Shown here: piece after piece, positions 24,367-36,800 of the stretch
Numbering within the stretch: the stretch's first letter is position 1
Layout: each line of letters starts with the position of its first letter
Assembly: GCA_028534125.1 (NCBI GenBank)
Contig: CM052817.1
Span: forward strand, 3,970,001-4,034,000
DNA: 64,000 nt
Direction: 5' to 3'
DNA from: Lama glama
Lineage: Eukaryota
Position numbers and translations under genes: made by a program
Notes under the pieces: model-generated
The model's database searches: none
What the model was told of the DNA's origin: nothing
Seen by the model: the letters and a program-made list of their open reading frames with translations, nothing else

Positions 24367-27009
24367 CGTCTTGCCCTGCTGTCTTTCACGGCCGCACAGA
24401 CCTCATTGCAGGAATGGGGGACAGCTGGTTAAACAGTCAGCTATAGAGAGACGTTAGGTTGTGTCTAGTTTTTATTTTTCCTCCATTTCACGTGATCCTA
24501 CAGGTGAAAGCTCGCACCATGTATCTGAGGATTCATTCCCACAGGTGGGTATTGGAAGGTCAAAGGGTGTGTGTATTTTTATTCCGATTAATGTAGCCAA
24601 GTGTGTGGTGCCAGTCGCTCCAGTCCTCGCCAGCACCGGGATGCGGGGCTCTCTACCCCGCTCAGAGTCTATCCTTCGGAAACATTCTCGGGCATCCTCT
24701 GCGCTCCCGGCTGCCCGTGTGGGAAGATGCTGAGCAGAGGGCCGTGTCCTGTTCCCGCCCTCAGGTGCGCTTGGTCACTAGAGCCTGGCCAGGGTTCTGC
24801 AGAGACACCTCTCAGGAATGGAGGTTGGCTGGTTGGTTTAAGGCCAAGTGCAGGGAGGTCAGCGGAGGCTGCAAGGGGCTCTCTGCTGGAGGGGTCATCA
24901 TCGGGGACATCTCTGTTATCTGCCGGGGTCCCCCTGGCCCACCGCCCCGGGCTAACTGAGACTTTCTGGGTTAACCAGTGAATGATCTTCCCCTCCTTCA
25001 TGCAGGCACCTCTTACTGCAGCATGTCCCTTTGAGGTCACAACCATTGCCTTGTGGTCCCTTTGCTTGTCTGCAGCTCTGAGGGGCCAGCCAGGCACAGA
25101 GTAAAGGGGCTTGGAAGTGGCAGTTTCCATCTGTGGCCCTGCTCCAGGAGTCCCAGCTGAAGGCCCTGGGGAGGGTCACTTGGCTTTCATGGCCCCAACT
25201 TGCCGACCTGTGGGTCAGCAGGAGCCAGGTGGTGTGATGGGAGGGCCAAGTGGCCATGGGACTGAGGGAGGGGCAGAGTGATCAGACTCAAAAGGGACAG
25301 GGACATGGAGCAGCAGCCTCAGAGGGCCCCACCCTGAGGGTCCTCTTGGGACCTGAGCCTGAGCTTTCAGCTCTGAAGCTTGGAGCCCAGGCAGGGCAGG
25401 GGGGACCCAGGCAGGGCAGGGTGGTCCCAGGGTGACTGTTACGAGGGCCACCTGCTATCCTTGGGAGACCAGGGCCTGGGTTCTAGCTGGCCTCCCCTCT
25501 CCAGGTGATCTCTGGGGCCTCAGTGTTCCTGTCTGCGAAGCAGGAATAACAGGTCTCAGATCGGAGGGTGGCTGTCAGAACTATGTGGAAAACGGGTGAA
25601 GAGGGCTGCAAACAGGTCTGGCACCAAGTGCCCAGTAAACACTTGCAGGAATGACCCTTCTCAGGAGCTGGTAGCCTTTGGAGACGCCGCTGAGCCATGC
25701 CTGCTCTTCTCTGTGCATGACAGCCACCATGTCTCACGAGGGCATGCAGGGAGCCTGCCACCCTCTTGCCCCCAGGAGACCTCAACAGATTCTTGCTTCA
25801 GGAACCAGAGAACTTTTCCAGAATTTTTTAGGATAAGGCAAACGCATCCCCATTGCCCTCGGGGGTAGGGAGCCAGTGACTTCGGAGTTGCAGGATGTGC
25901 AGGGCTTCTGTATCCCTTTGCTCTCACCATGGACACTTGAGAAAAGGGGAAAAGGGGGCTCTAAGGTCAGGGGCTCATCCAGGTCATGCTGCAGGGTTTG
26001 ATCCCAGGTCGTGTCCCTGTGCACCCGGGCCTTCTTGGCCGGCAGGGAGCCTTTTCCAAGAGAGATGGGTGTTGTTTTAGATGCGATCTCCAATTTCCTC
26101 CTTGTTGTTCAATTATCAAGAAAACAGTCGTGGTGCCCCCACAGAGGCGGGAGTGAAGGCGAAGCCTGCCCCAGGGCCCTGGTCATCTCTGCTGGTGAGA
26201 GGGGGTGGGTGGTGTGGGGCTGGGCCTTGAAATTTCCATGGCATCCTGGGTGTTGATGAGTGCCCGCCTCCCTCCATCACATTTACCCTGAGCTCTTCCT
26301 CCGCAGAGAAGAACAACAGCCGTTGGAGGGGTATTTCAAGGGGATTCCCATGGAAACGGAGAGTAGGCGGCTTCTCTGCGCTCTTGTGTAGTGGGAGTTG
26401 CCAGGGCTGCATGTCCCCCACTGAGGGGTGTGGGGGCCTCTGCCAGGACCTTTCCTGCACCTCTTAGGCCTCTGGCTGGGGGTCACGGGCTCTCTGCTTC
26501 ACGTTCTCCTCGGCCAGTGAGTGTAAGCTCACCGGCACTGCCCACCCAGGCCCTAGGGCTCATTTATGTGAGACCCAGGCTGGCTCCCGGGGACCTCCGG
26601 AACTGGCCCTCGCCTGCAGCTTCCTTTCCTCCGGTGGGTCTTGAGCTGCAGCCAGCACAGTTCTCCAGCATTCTCTTGGCAGGGCCTCGGTGCTTTGAGC
26701 CCGTTAATCAGCTGTTGCCTGGATAAATCCACGCACCCCTTAGTTATCTCCTGCAGCCCTGGTGCATCCGTCCACTCACTCCTTAATCCAGCAGGTTTGT
26801 TTTTTTACCAGCAGAACCTTTTGCTCGATGAGAGATGGGTGACGTGGACAGCATGACCTCTCTGAGCCTCACCTTTCTCATCTGATTAATGGGAACATGG
26901 TTGCCTGCCCTGCCTGCCTCACAGATGGCTGGTGAGGGGCGATGAGAAGGTGTCATCAGTATTTCCATGGCCACGGGGCTCATGGCTGGTGGGCAAGTTT
27001 TCGTTGATC

Positions 27010-27160
27010 CTTACATCAGTCCCATAAGGTGGGTGGTATTAATTTCCATTTTACAGATGAGGAAACTGAGGCTCGGGAAGGTGGCATGATCTTTGCTCAC
27101 TCCTGGGAAGAGGTAGATCTGGGACTCAAGCCCAGGTCTGACTCCAGCTCCAGTGCTCTT
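27010..27160 (-). mobile_element. MIR SINE remnant
   Basis: ccattttacagatgaggaaactgaggctc...ggactcaagcccaggtctgactccag. Confidence 0.75.
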
Positions 27161-29674
27161 TGCAAAGGTCCAGTTGCCTCCCGGTGGGCTGGTTGCCAGG
27201 CCTGGCAGTGAGGGTGGGTTAAGACCACATTGAGGGGAAAATTAGTCTCAACTCAGGGGTGGGGCTGGGGAAGGAATGTCCCCTGCTCTTCCAAGTCAAG
27301 TCGTGCTTGGTGGGAGTGGGGGGGGGGTGGGGTGGGTGGGGGAACTCTGTCCCTTTGGCCCGGGGTGGGGGCGGGGTTGGGTTTGGAGATGCGGCGCAGA
27401 CTCTTCAGGATAGTCACTGACATTTTCTGGGCACTCCTACAGGTCAAGCACTGTTCCGAGCACTCAACCTTGATCTTCAACATGTCCCTGTAGGGTAGGT
27501 CCGTCGTCACTGCCTTGTCACAGGTGAGGAAGCTGAGGTGCAGAGAGGTCAGGGAATGTGCCCGGAGCTCCGCAGCCTGGAGGTGGCAGAACCCATGCCC
27601 AGGAAACACTGGCTCTCGGGGTCGGGGTGTGGTCCTTGGGGAGCATCTGGTGCGGTCCCCCCCCGGGCTTGAGCCCTCGTGTCCCCTCAGGGGTGGCAGG
27701 TCTGCTACTCCTGCTTCAGGTTCTGGGACACACGAGGGCTTCCCTGGGAACATCGCGTCAAGGTGAGAACGTCTGGAGCGAGCAGGAGCCTTCGTGCTCA
27801 GAAAGGCCGCTGAGCCGCTTGGGTTGGTGACAGCTGTACATTTAGAATTCTGTTTTTCTAAAACTACAATCTCACCAGCCTATTTATGAAGCTGCGCTTT
27901 TGTAGGAGATGAGCCGTCACCTCACTTGTTCTTTGAATATTTGGTTAACAGGTGAACAGGCTGAACTTCCTCTGCCAGGCTGTTTTTTTTGCGAATTTAA
28001 TTAAGTCCCTCTAAATTGATTCCAGTCGGATTAATTAAGTGCATGGTTGCTGGTGCAGACGTGCAAATGATCCCAGCGTGTCATATCTCACCTAGGCAGT
28101 GAACACTGGAATATTCTGGAATATTCTTAGGTGTTGCAGAGAGATTACTGGGAGTCACCCTGAAAAGGCTTCAGGAGAGGTTTTTGAAGCTACCAGGCCA
28201 TGGATGTGAAGGTACTGCACAGGAGTGCTCCTTGCAGCCTACCTCCCAGCCTAGTGGACATTCTCTGGCTTATGCAGGGTCATCAGAATATGTCACAGCA
28301 GAAACTGCTGGGTGCAAACTATCTGCCCAGCTAGTCATCGCTCAGAAGCACAGAGACGTTTTTGTCTTTTTGCACCATGATTCTCCTTCCATATGCAGCT
28401 TCCTTGCACTCAAAGAAGTGAAGAAATGAAGCCCTCACCACACCCCCAGTTAGAAAAAAACCTCTGAAATGCACAATCCCTGTCTTTTTATGGTCAGGTA
28501 TTTGGGTCCCGATCATCAGCAAAGGGCTGCAGGCAGCTCACATACATGACCAGGGACGGGGGCTTGCGCTGCTGTTGTGTTGGGCTGAAACAACCCCGGC
28601 CTCGTCACACTGCCTTCCAGCCTGCGTGGGCCGAGCGAGGCAGCCGGGTGCGATGCAGCCAGGAGCCATCTGTTTGCAGCCCTTGGGCCAGATGGTCTGC
28701 AAGGACTGCTAGGGGTGGAGTGGGGAGGGAATACACTTACCCAGCACCCAGCATCTTCCAGAGCCTCTTTATAGCGCTACAAGCCGGGTATTGCCACGGT
28801 GTTTATACAGACCAGGAACAAGAGGCCCAAAGTGGCTGAGTCACCGGGGAAGGTCACACAGCCAGGAAGTGGCAGGGTGGGGTTTGAACTCAGGACTTCC
28901 TGACCTTTTAGCTCCTGTTCTTGCCACCAGGCTGCTGAGGGTCACAGTCACTGTTCCAGCCACGTGTTGCGGTGACTTGCGGGAAACATCCACAAATAGG
29001 CGGTGACTCACGCGGGAGTAAGCTGGCTCCCCTCACCGTGCCTGACGACCCCGGGGCCCCTGGGTGTCCCTGGGCTCCTGCATGCCAGTTTGGACTGCTT
29101 CCTGCTGCAGTGTCGGACAGCCAGGAGGGACGGTTTGGTCTGGAGGGCAACCTGTGTATGTCAGAGATACCTTTGCCCATAAAAACCTTTGCAATAAAAT
29201 CAGTAGAAGATGGAGAAGCCAAATTCAGTTTTGAGAGATGGCACTGATCCTGTTGAGGCTGAACAGGCAGGAGCAGGCACAGGATTAGTCCTGCAAGTGG
29301 CTGCTGGGGGGCCTCATACCTCCCGGAAGTTTAGAAAGTTGGGGGCGCTATAGGGCTTTGTTCTCCAGGACGCCGGAGGTCGCGGTGTGTGGAAATGGTT
29401 GAGGCATGTTGGTAACCAGGCAAGGAGGCCGACAAGCATGGGGATTCAGAATGTGGGCTTCAGAGCCCAGCAGACTCAAGGCCAAGTCCTCCATGTGGCC
29501 TTGGGCAAGTCATGCAAATTCTCTGAGCCTCAGTCTCCTCAGCTGTGGTCAAAAGACTACCAGTGCCTCCCTTGGACAAATTCTGGGGACCCCAAGCACA
29601 TCGTGGGGCGCGCTGGGCCCAGCTGCGCGGCTGACAGCTGCTGGGCGCTCGGGGCAACAGTGGGAGCTGGATGC

Positions 29675-29860
29675 TGGAGTCAGACAGAGCGTGTGCCTCC
29701 ACAGCCCACTGCTTTCACAGCTTGTGGCCTGGGGTGAGCTGCTTAATCTCTCTGTCTCTGTTTTTTCATCTGTAAAATGGAGACGATAAAACTAACTCAG
29801 GCCCTGGGGTTGTGGGAAGCTTCAATGAGTTAATTCATATAAAACACTTAGTGAGTGCTC
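29675..29860 (+). mobile_element. MIR SINE remnant
   Basis: ggagtcagacaga...cttaatctctctgtctctgtttttttcatctgtaaaatgg. Confidence 0.7.
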
Positions 29861-30611
29861 AAGCCACAGCCAGGGGCGGCTCTGATCATCGCGGTGGTCA
29901 TAATCATAGTCACTGTGTTCTCTCTCCAGCCCACCTGGGCCGTGCTGTTTTTGGTGCACAGTGGGGCCTGATGTGGCCTGAACTGAACTGAGCTGAATGG
30001 TCAGCAGAGCATCATTGCCCAGGGGCTGCGGCTGAAGGTAGGCTCAGCTTCCTGGTGTGGGCTCCGAGTGGGTTGACGCTCCCTTCCCCCACCCTCACCC
30101 CAGGCAGGAGAATCACCTGCAGCCTGAGGCCTGGAGGGGAGCATAGGGCTTCTGCTGGCGAGGGCAGATGGCCGGGAGTGGCAGGCCAGGTGCTGGGAAC
30201 CAGCCTGGGAGATGGCCTGTTAGACAGACTGGTGGCCTCCTTGCCCTGGGTCCGCCCAAGCCGCTGGCGGTTTCATTGCATGCCAAGATGCCACATGTCA
30301 CAGCCTTCTGAGTCAAATCAGAATGTGACAGCCTGGGCTCCGTGGCTCAAGGAACAGGATGCATCCGAGAGTGAGGTGGTCATCTTGGCCAGCTGGCTTC
30401 TCCCACCCACAGTCAGTGTTTGGCTCAGATGGGCCTTGTGCTGGTCTGACCAGGTGGTCAGTGGCTTTTGCCATGGCCTGTGAGATGTGCAGGGAGGCAG
30501 TAGGGTGGAGAAGGAGGGAACCACATTTGGCTGAGAGCTGCATGCACCAGGCACTTACTTCTGTTGGTAGCGCTAAGAGGAGGGTCTGTGACCACAAGTT
30601 ACGGATGAAGA

Positions 30612-30631
30612 TTTTTTTTAAAAAGATTCTT

Positions 30632-30671
<40 letters not shown>

Positions 30672-30743
30672 ATAGAGGTACTGGGGTTGAACCAGGACCT
30701 TGTGCTGCTAGGCATGCGCTCTACCGCTGAGCTCTACACCCCC
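30612..30743 (-). mobile_element. tRNA-derived SINE (camelid Vic-1-like) with (TTTA)n tail
   Basis: Minus strand GGGGGTGTAGAGCTCAGCGGTAGAGCGCATGCCTAGC...GGTCCTGGTTCAACCCCAGTACCTC contains Pol III A and B boxes, then an (AAAT)n tail. Confidence 0.85.
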
Positions 30744-31534
30744 GCAGGTGCACATATTGAGACTCAGGGGCTGTGTCTGTGCACTGAGACGCACGGTGCC
30801 AGGTGCTGCCATCGTCTCGTGTGGGTGGGGGCCCCATCCCCTCTCTTTCCACAACATCACCGTTTATTACATTCCCATTCCCAGTTCACCCCTGACATTC
30901 CTTTCCTCCTCTTGGGATGGTAACGAGGGGAGCAGAGGCCCGGGCTGAGGGATGGAGGTCGAGACACAAACAAGGGGCAGGGACCCAGGTGGGCTGGGTG
31001 GGTCGCGTAGCTGCAGGGCAGAGGGTGATGCCCTGACCATAAGCCAGGGGAGCACCCCTGGGAGGACTCTCCGGCAAGAGATCACAGCCTGAATAGAGGC
31101 CAGGCAGTGAGAAAGTGTGTGTTGGGGGACTGCAGGGCCCCCACTGAGCAGGAATGTAAAGTCCAAGGTGGGAGTCAGGGTGCAGGTCGTGGAAGCCTTG
31201 AAGGGCAGGCTGAGGAGCCTGGACCTTCTCTGCAGCCAGTGGGGTCAGGCAGGGCTTTGAGCTGAGCGAGAGACCAGAGTTGGGTCGAGAAGGAACACTG
31301 TTGTGATCACTGTGGTGTCAGTGTGGAAAAGGGCTTGAAGATGAGGAGGTTGGAGGTAGGGTCTGTGACCGAGGTCACCCAGCCTCTGCCCATGCCCTTC
31401 AGACCCTTGTACTGTGTTTATGCAAAGGACCCCTGTACCTGGCTCTCCCTCACGCTGCTAGAGCCCCCTTTGCCTGTGGAGGGAGGTCCTGGGAAGCTGT
31501 GTCCTCTGAGGGAAACCCCGCACCCAGTTTGACA

Positions 31535-32055
31535 GGTGAGGTGGCACAAATACCCCAGACCCCTCACTCCTGATCAGGACACCCTGACGGGTGGCTGTGA
31601 GCCCTCTCCTTAGTGATAGAGGGATGGACAATGGTGGGGTAGTGCTCCTTGAGCTGTACTTAAGAGATTAGCAGGAGTTTTCCAGACAGTGACTTGAAAA
31701 CAGAGGGCAGGCTAAATAGAGTTGCTGGCCCCTAAAACTGTGAGCTAGCACTGTGTGCACGAGGAACGGCAAATAACAAGGTGTGATTTAAGCTCAAGCT
31801 GGCCATGATGGGGCTGGAATTGTGGATTTGGCTATTAAGGACCCTGAGAAGTGTACCAAGGCCCTTGGACCTACACAGGCCCCAGAGCTCCCCACAAGAC
31901 TGAACCAAAGTTACCCTCCTTGAGACTTTCCTTGGTCACACTACTCTCTTGGCCTCCTTTGCATCTTGGCCCCACTCCCCACACCCTTTCCAGTTTTTCC
32001 TGGGACCACTTCCTAATCACTTCCTCTCAAATCCTTGCTTCAGAGTCCAACCTAG
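31535..32055 (+). mobile_element. Old ERVL LTR (LTR16/LTR33-like) remnant, interrupted by the 278-bp duplicated segment
   Basis: 3' part ttcctgggaccacttcctaatcacttcctctcaaatccttgcttcagagtc...aaccta resembles LTR16-family ends. Confidence 0.45.
31593..31870 (+). repeat. Copy 1 of a 278-bp direct repeat
   Basis: Aligns without gaps to 32784-33061; 11 substitutions counted by eye. Confidence 0.95.
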
Positions 32056-32217
32056 TACAGGGAAGCGAAGAGACCAAAGTACTCATTCAAAAGGAAGTTC
32101 CAGGACATACCATAAGACAGGACCCAGGCAGTGGCTGTCAACTGTGCCAGGAGGCTCTGAGACAGTGCCAGACGAGGAGGAAAGTGCTGAGGCCCTGGGC
32201 TGAACCAGAGCCTGGAA

Positions 32218-32238
32218 GTCAGCACCATGGACAGCGCC
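32218..32238 (+). promoter_or_regulatory. Canonical RE1/NRSE (REST/NRSF binding site)
   Basis: GTCAGCACCATGGACAGCGCC versus consensus TTCAGCACCACGGACAGCGCC; differs only at two variable positions. Confidence 0.85.
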
Positions 32239-32783
32239 GGGGAAGCACCCAAGTACTGCCTTGGGTCACCCCACTGGCTGGGCCCCAGGGACCACAGTGG
32301 GGTGTAAAGAATTCCGCATGTTACATCCAGAGCCAGGCCGTCCTCTGGTCAGTGCTGTGGTGCCTGGGAGTTGCTGATCTGTCCTCCCCATACCCACCCT
32401 GCAAACCCTTGGCCCAGGAGGACAGCCTGACAGGACTCTGGGCTCCCTGTTTCTGCTTTCCTGCTTATGAGACTGGGTTCCAGCCTGAGTTTGCCAGGAC
32501 ATAGGGCTGTTCAGGCATGAAGCTCTAAAGGTAGATACTCTTTTCTGAGGACTTCCCAGAAAATGAATCCGAGGGGCATTTGCTCACCAGTCCATCTGTC
32601 TGTCCACTTATCCATGTGGATTGCTTTCCAGCTGTTAGCTGACCCCATGCTATGCACTGGGGACCTGGAGATGGCTAGATCCCCATGGTCATGCCCTGGG
32701 GAAGTAGCTGTAGAGGGAAGGACAGTTGGACAGAGACAACCACAATGTTATCTTGACAAGCTCTGGGAAAGAAGGGACCACGG

Positions 32784-33061
32784 GGCTGTGAGCCCTCTCC
32801 TTAGTGATGGAGGGATGGACAATGGTGGGGTAGTGCTCTTTGAGCTGTACTTAAGAGATTAGCAGGAGTTTTCCAGGCAGTGACGTGAAAACAGAGGGCA
32901 GGCTGAATAGAGGTGCTGGCCCCTAAAACTGTGAGCTAGCACTGTGTGCACGAGGAACGGCAAATAGCAAGGTGTGATTTAAGCTCAAGCTGGCCATGAT
33001 GGCGCTGGAAGTGTGGATTTGGCTGTTAAGGACCCTGAGAAGTGTACCAAGGCACTTGGAC
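32784..33061 (+). repeat. Copy 2 of the 278-bp direct repeat, within an L2-like remnant (~32590-33210)
   Basis: About 96% identical to 31593-31870; flanks look L2-like (ccatgctatgcactggggacctggagatgg; ggaagatctctctgg...ggaggcaggg). Confidence 0.9.
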
Positions 33062-33976
33062 ATGACCTGGAGGTATATCTGTCCGACAGAGGTATTGAAC
33101 CTGGAGTATGAGAGTCAGATGTTCAATTTAGGAAGATCTCTCTGGGCCTGGAGGGGAGGCTGAACAAGGAAGAGGAGCCTGGAGGCAGGGGTCAGTGGGG
33201 AGACTTGCAGACTTTGCAGGGGAGGGGAGCGTGCACAGGACCCGGTTGTGACCAGAAGCGTTCATCAACCCAGATCACGCGCTCCTAATTTAGAAGAAAA
33301 TTGAGAAGGATACTTTTCGTCTCTGCTCTTCTGGGATGGAAATGAGCTATTTTGAATCACGCTAAAGTTAGAGTTCTAATTTTCGTTTTAATCCATGTCT
33401 CATTTAGAGCGTTAGAAACAGAAAAGGCAGCTCTGTATGAATGTCGTGCCATAAATCAGTGCACGTCACAAAAATGCAGAACAAGTCATTTCTACACGAG
33501 TGCACACCCTTGCATTTATAATAAATCTTATTCTTTACCTTTTTAGGCTTCAGACTAGAGTAATTAGTCATTTCTGCTGATACTGCAAACCACCGCTTAT
33601 GAAGGGTTAATGGAAAGCAGATTTGTTTGAACTGCTTTTGCACAAGAATGTCACCATGGGCTCTTCTGCCTGTTTCTATTTATTCCATTCTTGCCTTTTC
33701 TAGAAATTGGTGTGGCAGGAATAGTAACAAACACCGTTTATGGAGCTCTCACCACATCCCTGGCTAGGTGGGGGGCTTCCGTGTGAAGGGATCCCTTGTC
33801 CACGTGTAATCTGCCGTACATGTTCTGAGGTCCTCTGACTGAGCTCATCACGTACGATGTTTGCTCTGTCACTGTGTCACACTATTTCAAATTTCTACTC
33901 CCTCAGTTGGGTCAGGGACCACCTAGATACCACTCATTGTTATTCACTCACTATTTTTCTTTAAAAATTGGCCCTC

Positions 33977-34579
33977 TGTTGATGGACATTGTCCATGGAT
34001 GTTGACGGACAACCCAAATGTCCATTGACAGATGACTGGATAAAGAAGTTGTGGTACATTTATACAATGGAATACTACTCAGCCATAAAAAAGAATAAAA
34101 TAATGCCATTTGCAGCAACATGGAGGGACCTAGAGATCATAATTCTAAGTGAAATAAGCCAGAAAGAGAAAGGAAAATTCTATATGATGTCACTCATATA
34201 TGGACTCAAAAAAAAAAAGAGGACACAAATGAACTTATTTATAAAACAGAAACTGATTCACAGACATAGTAAATGATCTTATGGTTACCCAGTGGTGGGG
34301 TGGGAAGGGGATGGGAAGGGATAAATCTGGGAGTTTGAGATTTGCAAATATTAACTACTATACATAAAAATAGATAAAAAACTAATTTTTTCTGTATAGC
34401 ACAGGGAACTATGTTTGGTATCTTGTAATAACCTTTAAGGAAAAAGATTATGAGAATGAATATATGTGTATATATATGCATGACTGGGACATTATGCTGT
34501 ACACCAGAGATTGACACAATGTAACTGATTGTACTTCAATATTATTATTATTATTATTATTATCATTTTTGTTATTATT
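33977..34579 (+). mobile_element. 5'-truncated LINE-1 (ORF2 end and 3' UTR) whose tail has decayed to (TAT)n; sense to the gene
   Basis: ORF 33989..34276 reads QPKCPLTDDWIKKLWYIYTMEYYSAIKKNKIMPFAATWRDLE. TSD AATTGGCCCTC at 33966-33976 and 34580-34590. Confidence 0.93.
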
Positions 34580-36589
34580 AATTGGCCCTCCATTATACTT
34601 GGAAGACCAGCAAGTCAAGCCAAAAATAAAAAGTAACTATGAAGATAAGTGCAGGTGTTTCTGCACAAGCAGGATGTATGCATTCCTGAGAAACCTCTTG
34701 ATCTGCAAAACTGCATGCTTACCAACATCCAGGCTGATGGACGGGATACAGTGGAGGCAGACCACTGGAAACCCATGCCATGGTTAACCAAAGCTACAAA
34801 AATAGTAACAATCCTATAAATATCTAGCACAGTTCTTAAAAAAATGCAGAAAAAAATGTTAAACTCTTAATAAATAAATATTCCAGCAGTTATACAATTT
34901 TATGTTGAAAACAAAAAGTGAATGTTGTTTGATGGAAGGGCTTTCAGGAAGGGAGCCTGAAGTACAGATGCAAACAAGTCCCAAGTTCAGAAGAGAGACT
35001 CGCCCACCGAACACTTCCAGACGGAGCCACAAGGAAGAGTGAGGTGAAGGCGTGGTGTCCCGTGCCACGTTCCTCGGCAGCTCCTGCATTCAGCCGTCAG
35101 GGTATTTCGTGTTCAGCTGCTTCCACTGGCTGGCACAGAACGTTAACACACCAAGACAAATCGTGTTTGAACCAATCTGACTTTCACATTATCCCAACAT
35201 CATTCTCCTGTTTGTGAATCGTGTATGACCTAATTTGCTTTGCAAAAGCAGTGGTTGTAGCAGAATGGGCCAGACAATGGCAAAGCAGCATGATTAAATG
35301 TAGGCTGGATACGGCTGTGACAGGGCTGTGACTCAGGACTGTTAATCCAGTTGCCTGGGCTGAAAAAGGATGGGAAAGAGAGGTTTACGAGAATTCTGGC
35401 ACCAACCTGTGAAGCGCACTTCCAGAAAACCTGGTGGCCTGCAGCTAAACCAACAGCAGAGCCACGTGGTCCAGACGCTCGAAAGAAGAAAAACTAGCCA
35501 AAATATTTCTACCCGCTCCCTTCCAAGGGTCCATGGTTCTGTTAGGGTGAGAAAACTGACTCGTGGAGGCAGGAGACCACAGTTCACTTACACAAAAGGC
35601 AGTTTATCAGTTCAGGGTTGTTGTGAGGATTCAAAGGACACAGTATGAAAGAGCAGACAGCGGAGGTGGGACGGCGTTGAGGTGGTGAAGGAGATGCTCT
35701 CACAGCCTGAGTGACAGCACCTGCTGTTTCTGCTGGGGGGGGGCTGGGGGAGGGTGACGCGCGCTGTTGGAGGCTGAGCTTTTGTGCTCTAAGTTCCTGG
35801 GCATGTTTATGAGGCTTTACGAATACCTTTCGGTAAACACAGAAGACAGATGGCAAGAGACATGGCTCCTTCTGCTTCTCCTCTTTGCCCAGATTGAGTG
35901 CAGTTTTGAAGAAAGGGGTCCAGTGGATTTATAAGTGACAGAGGGGACATTTGGTGAGAGCTCTGTCCCCAGCTTCCGCTGGCTTTGCTCAGGTTGTGCT
36001 CCACACTCGGCCCCACTTCCCCATCTTTAGAAGGGAGGAGTCGGGCCTGATGGACACAGGAGGTTTTCCAGCCCGAACATCTCAGATCTCCTGTTGTGCG
36101 TGGTGTAGGACGGCTTTAGGCCAGAGACGTAATTTACTTTGGAGCAATTCCAAAGTATTTCTTGACAGCCAGGCCTAGCACTTTACTGGCTTTTTTGAGG
36201 AAATGTAGCAAGTTTGTCCTTCACCTTGGTGACCCTTAAACTGGATGCCCAAAGAAGCCAGGTGGGTATGTCCATGAATAAAGTACAAAGTGTGTAAGGA
36301 ATACAGTGCAGTGTGATGCCAGCAGTGGCAAAGTGACATCCAGGCATCAGGGAGCGCTGGGGACTGTGCCGTGCTGGCGAGTGTAGCCTGTGGGACCCTA
36401 GAATGGCTGGCTCTTAACAGTTTCTGAAAAGAAAAAAGAAAATCGGGTTTGCGTATCAAATCGTTCCATTTTTAAATGTTCCCCGAGAAGTTTTTAAACA
36501 TTTGGACAGAAGCCCAGCTGTGGGCTGAGTTGCCCAGAGAGAGCTTGGGCATTTGCAGCCACATTTGTGACCTCTGCCTTGTAGTCTAT

Positions 36590-36800
36590 GTGAGAGATTG
36601 GTAAATTGTGGCACATCAAACTGCCTCCTGTTTTTGTAGATGAAGTTCAGGTGGAACGTGGCCACACCAGTTGGTTCAGAGATTGTGGACGCTTTCATGT
36701 TGCAGGAGCAGAGCTGAGTGGTTGTGACAGAGACAGTGAGGCCTGTGAAGCCTACAGTGTTTCCTGCCTGGTCCTTTAGAGGAATCGTGTGCTGGCCTTG
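36590..36800 (+). mobile_element. MER58A-like hAT MITE
   Basis: ggtaaattgtggc...tttttgtagatgaagtt...gcagagctgagtggttgtgacagagac...gcctggtcctttagagg. Confidence 0.7.

Noticed and set aside
25921..25938. CACCATGGACAC partial RE1
   Set aside because: Lacks the TCAG left half and the GGACAG right half.
30670..30743. tRNA-like sequence (also near 51500 and 62890)
   Set aside because: SINE heads with A-rich tails and no intact cloverleaf; not tRNA genes.
31851..32504. 217-aa ORF between the direct repeats
   Set aside because: Starts at a non-ATG codon, crosses LTR-like and duplicated sequence, and shows no gag/pol similarity.
31593..33061. Reading the direct repeats as the two LTRs of a mini-retroelement (TRIM-like)
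   Set aside because: No TG...CA termini, primer-binding site, polypurine tract or TSD seen; copy 2 continues into L2-like flanks.
33989..34276. 95-aa ORF
   Set aside because: C-terminal remnant of L1 ORF2.
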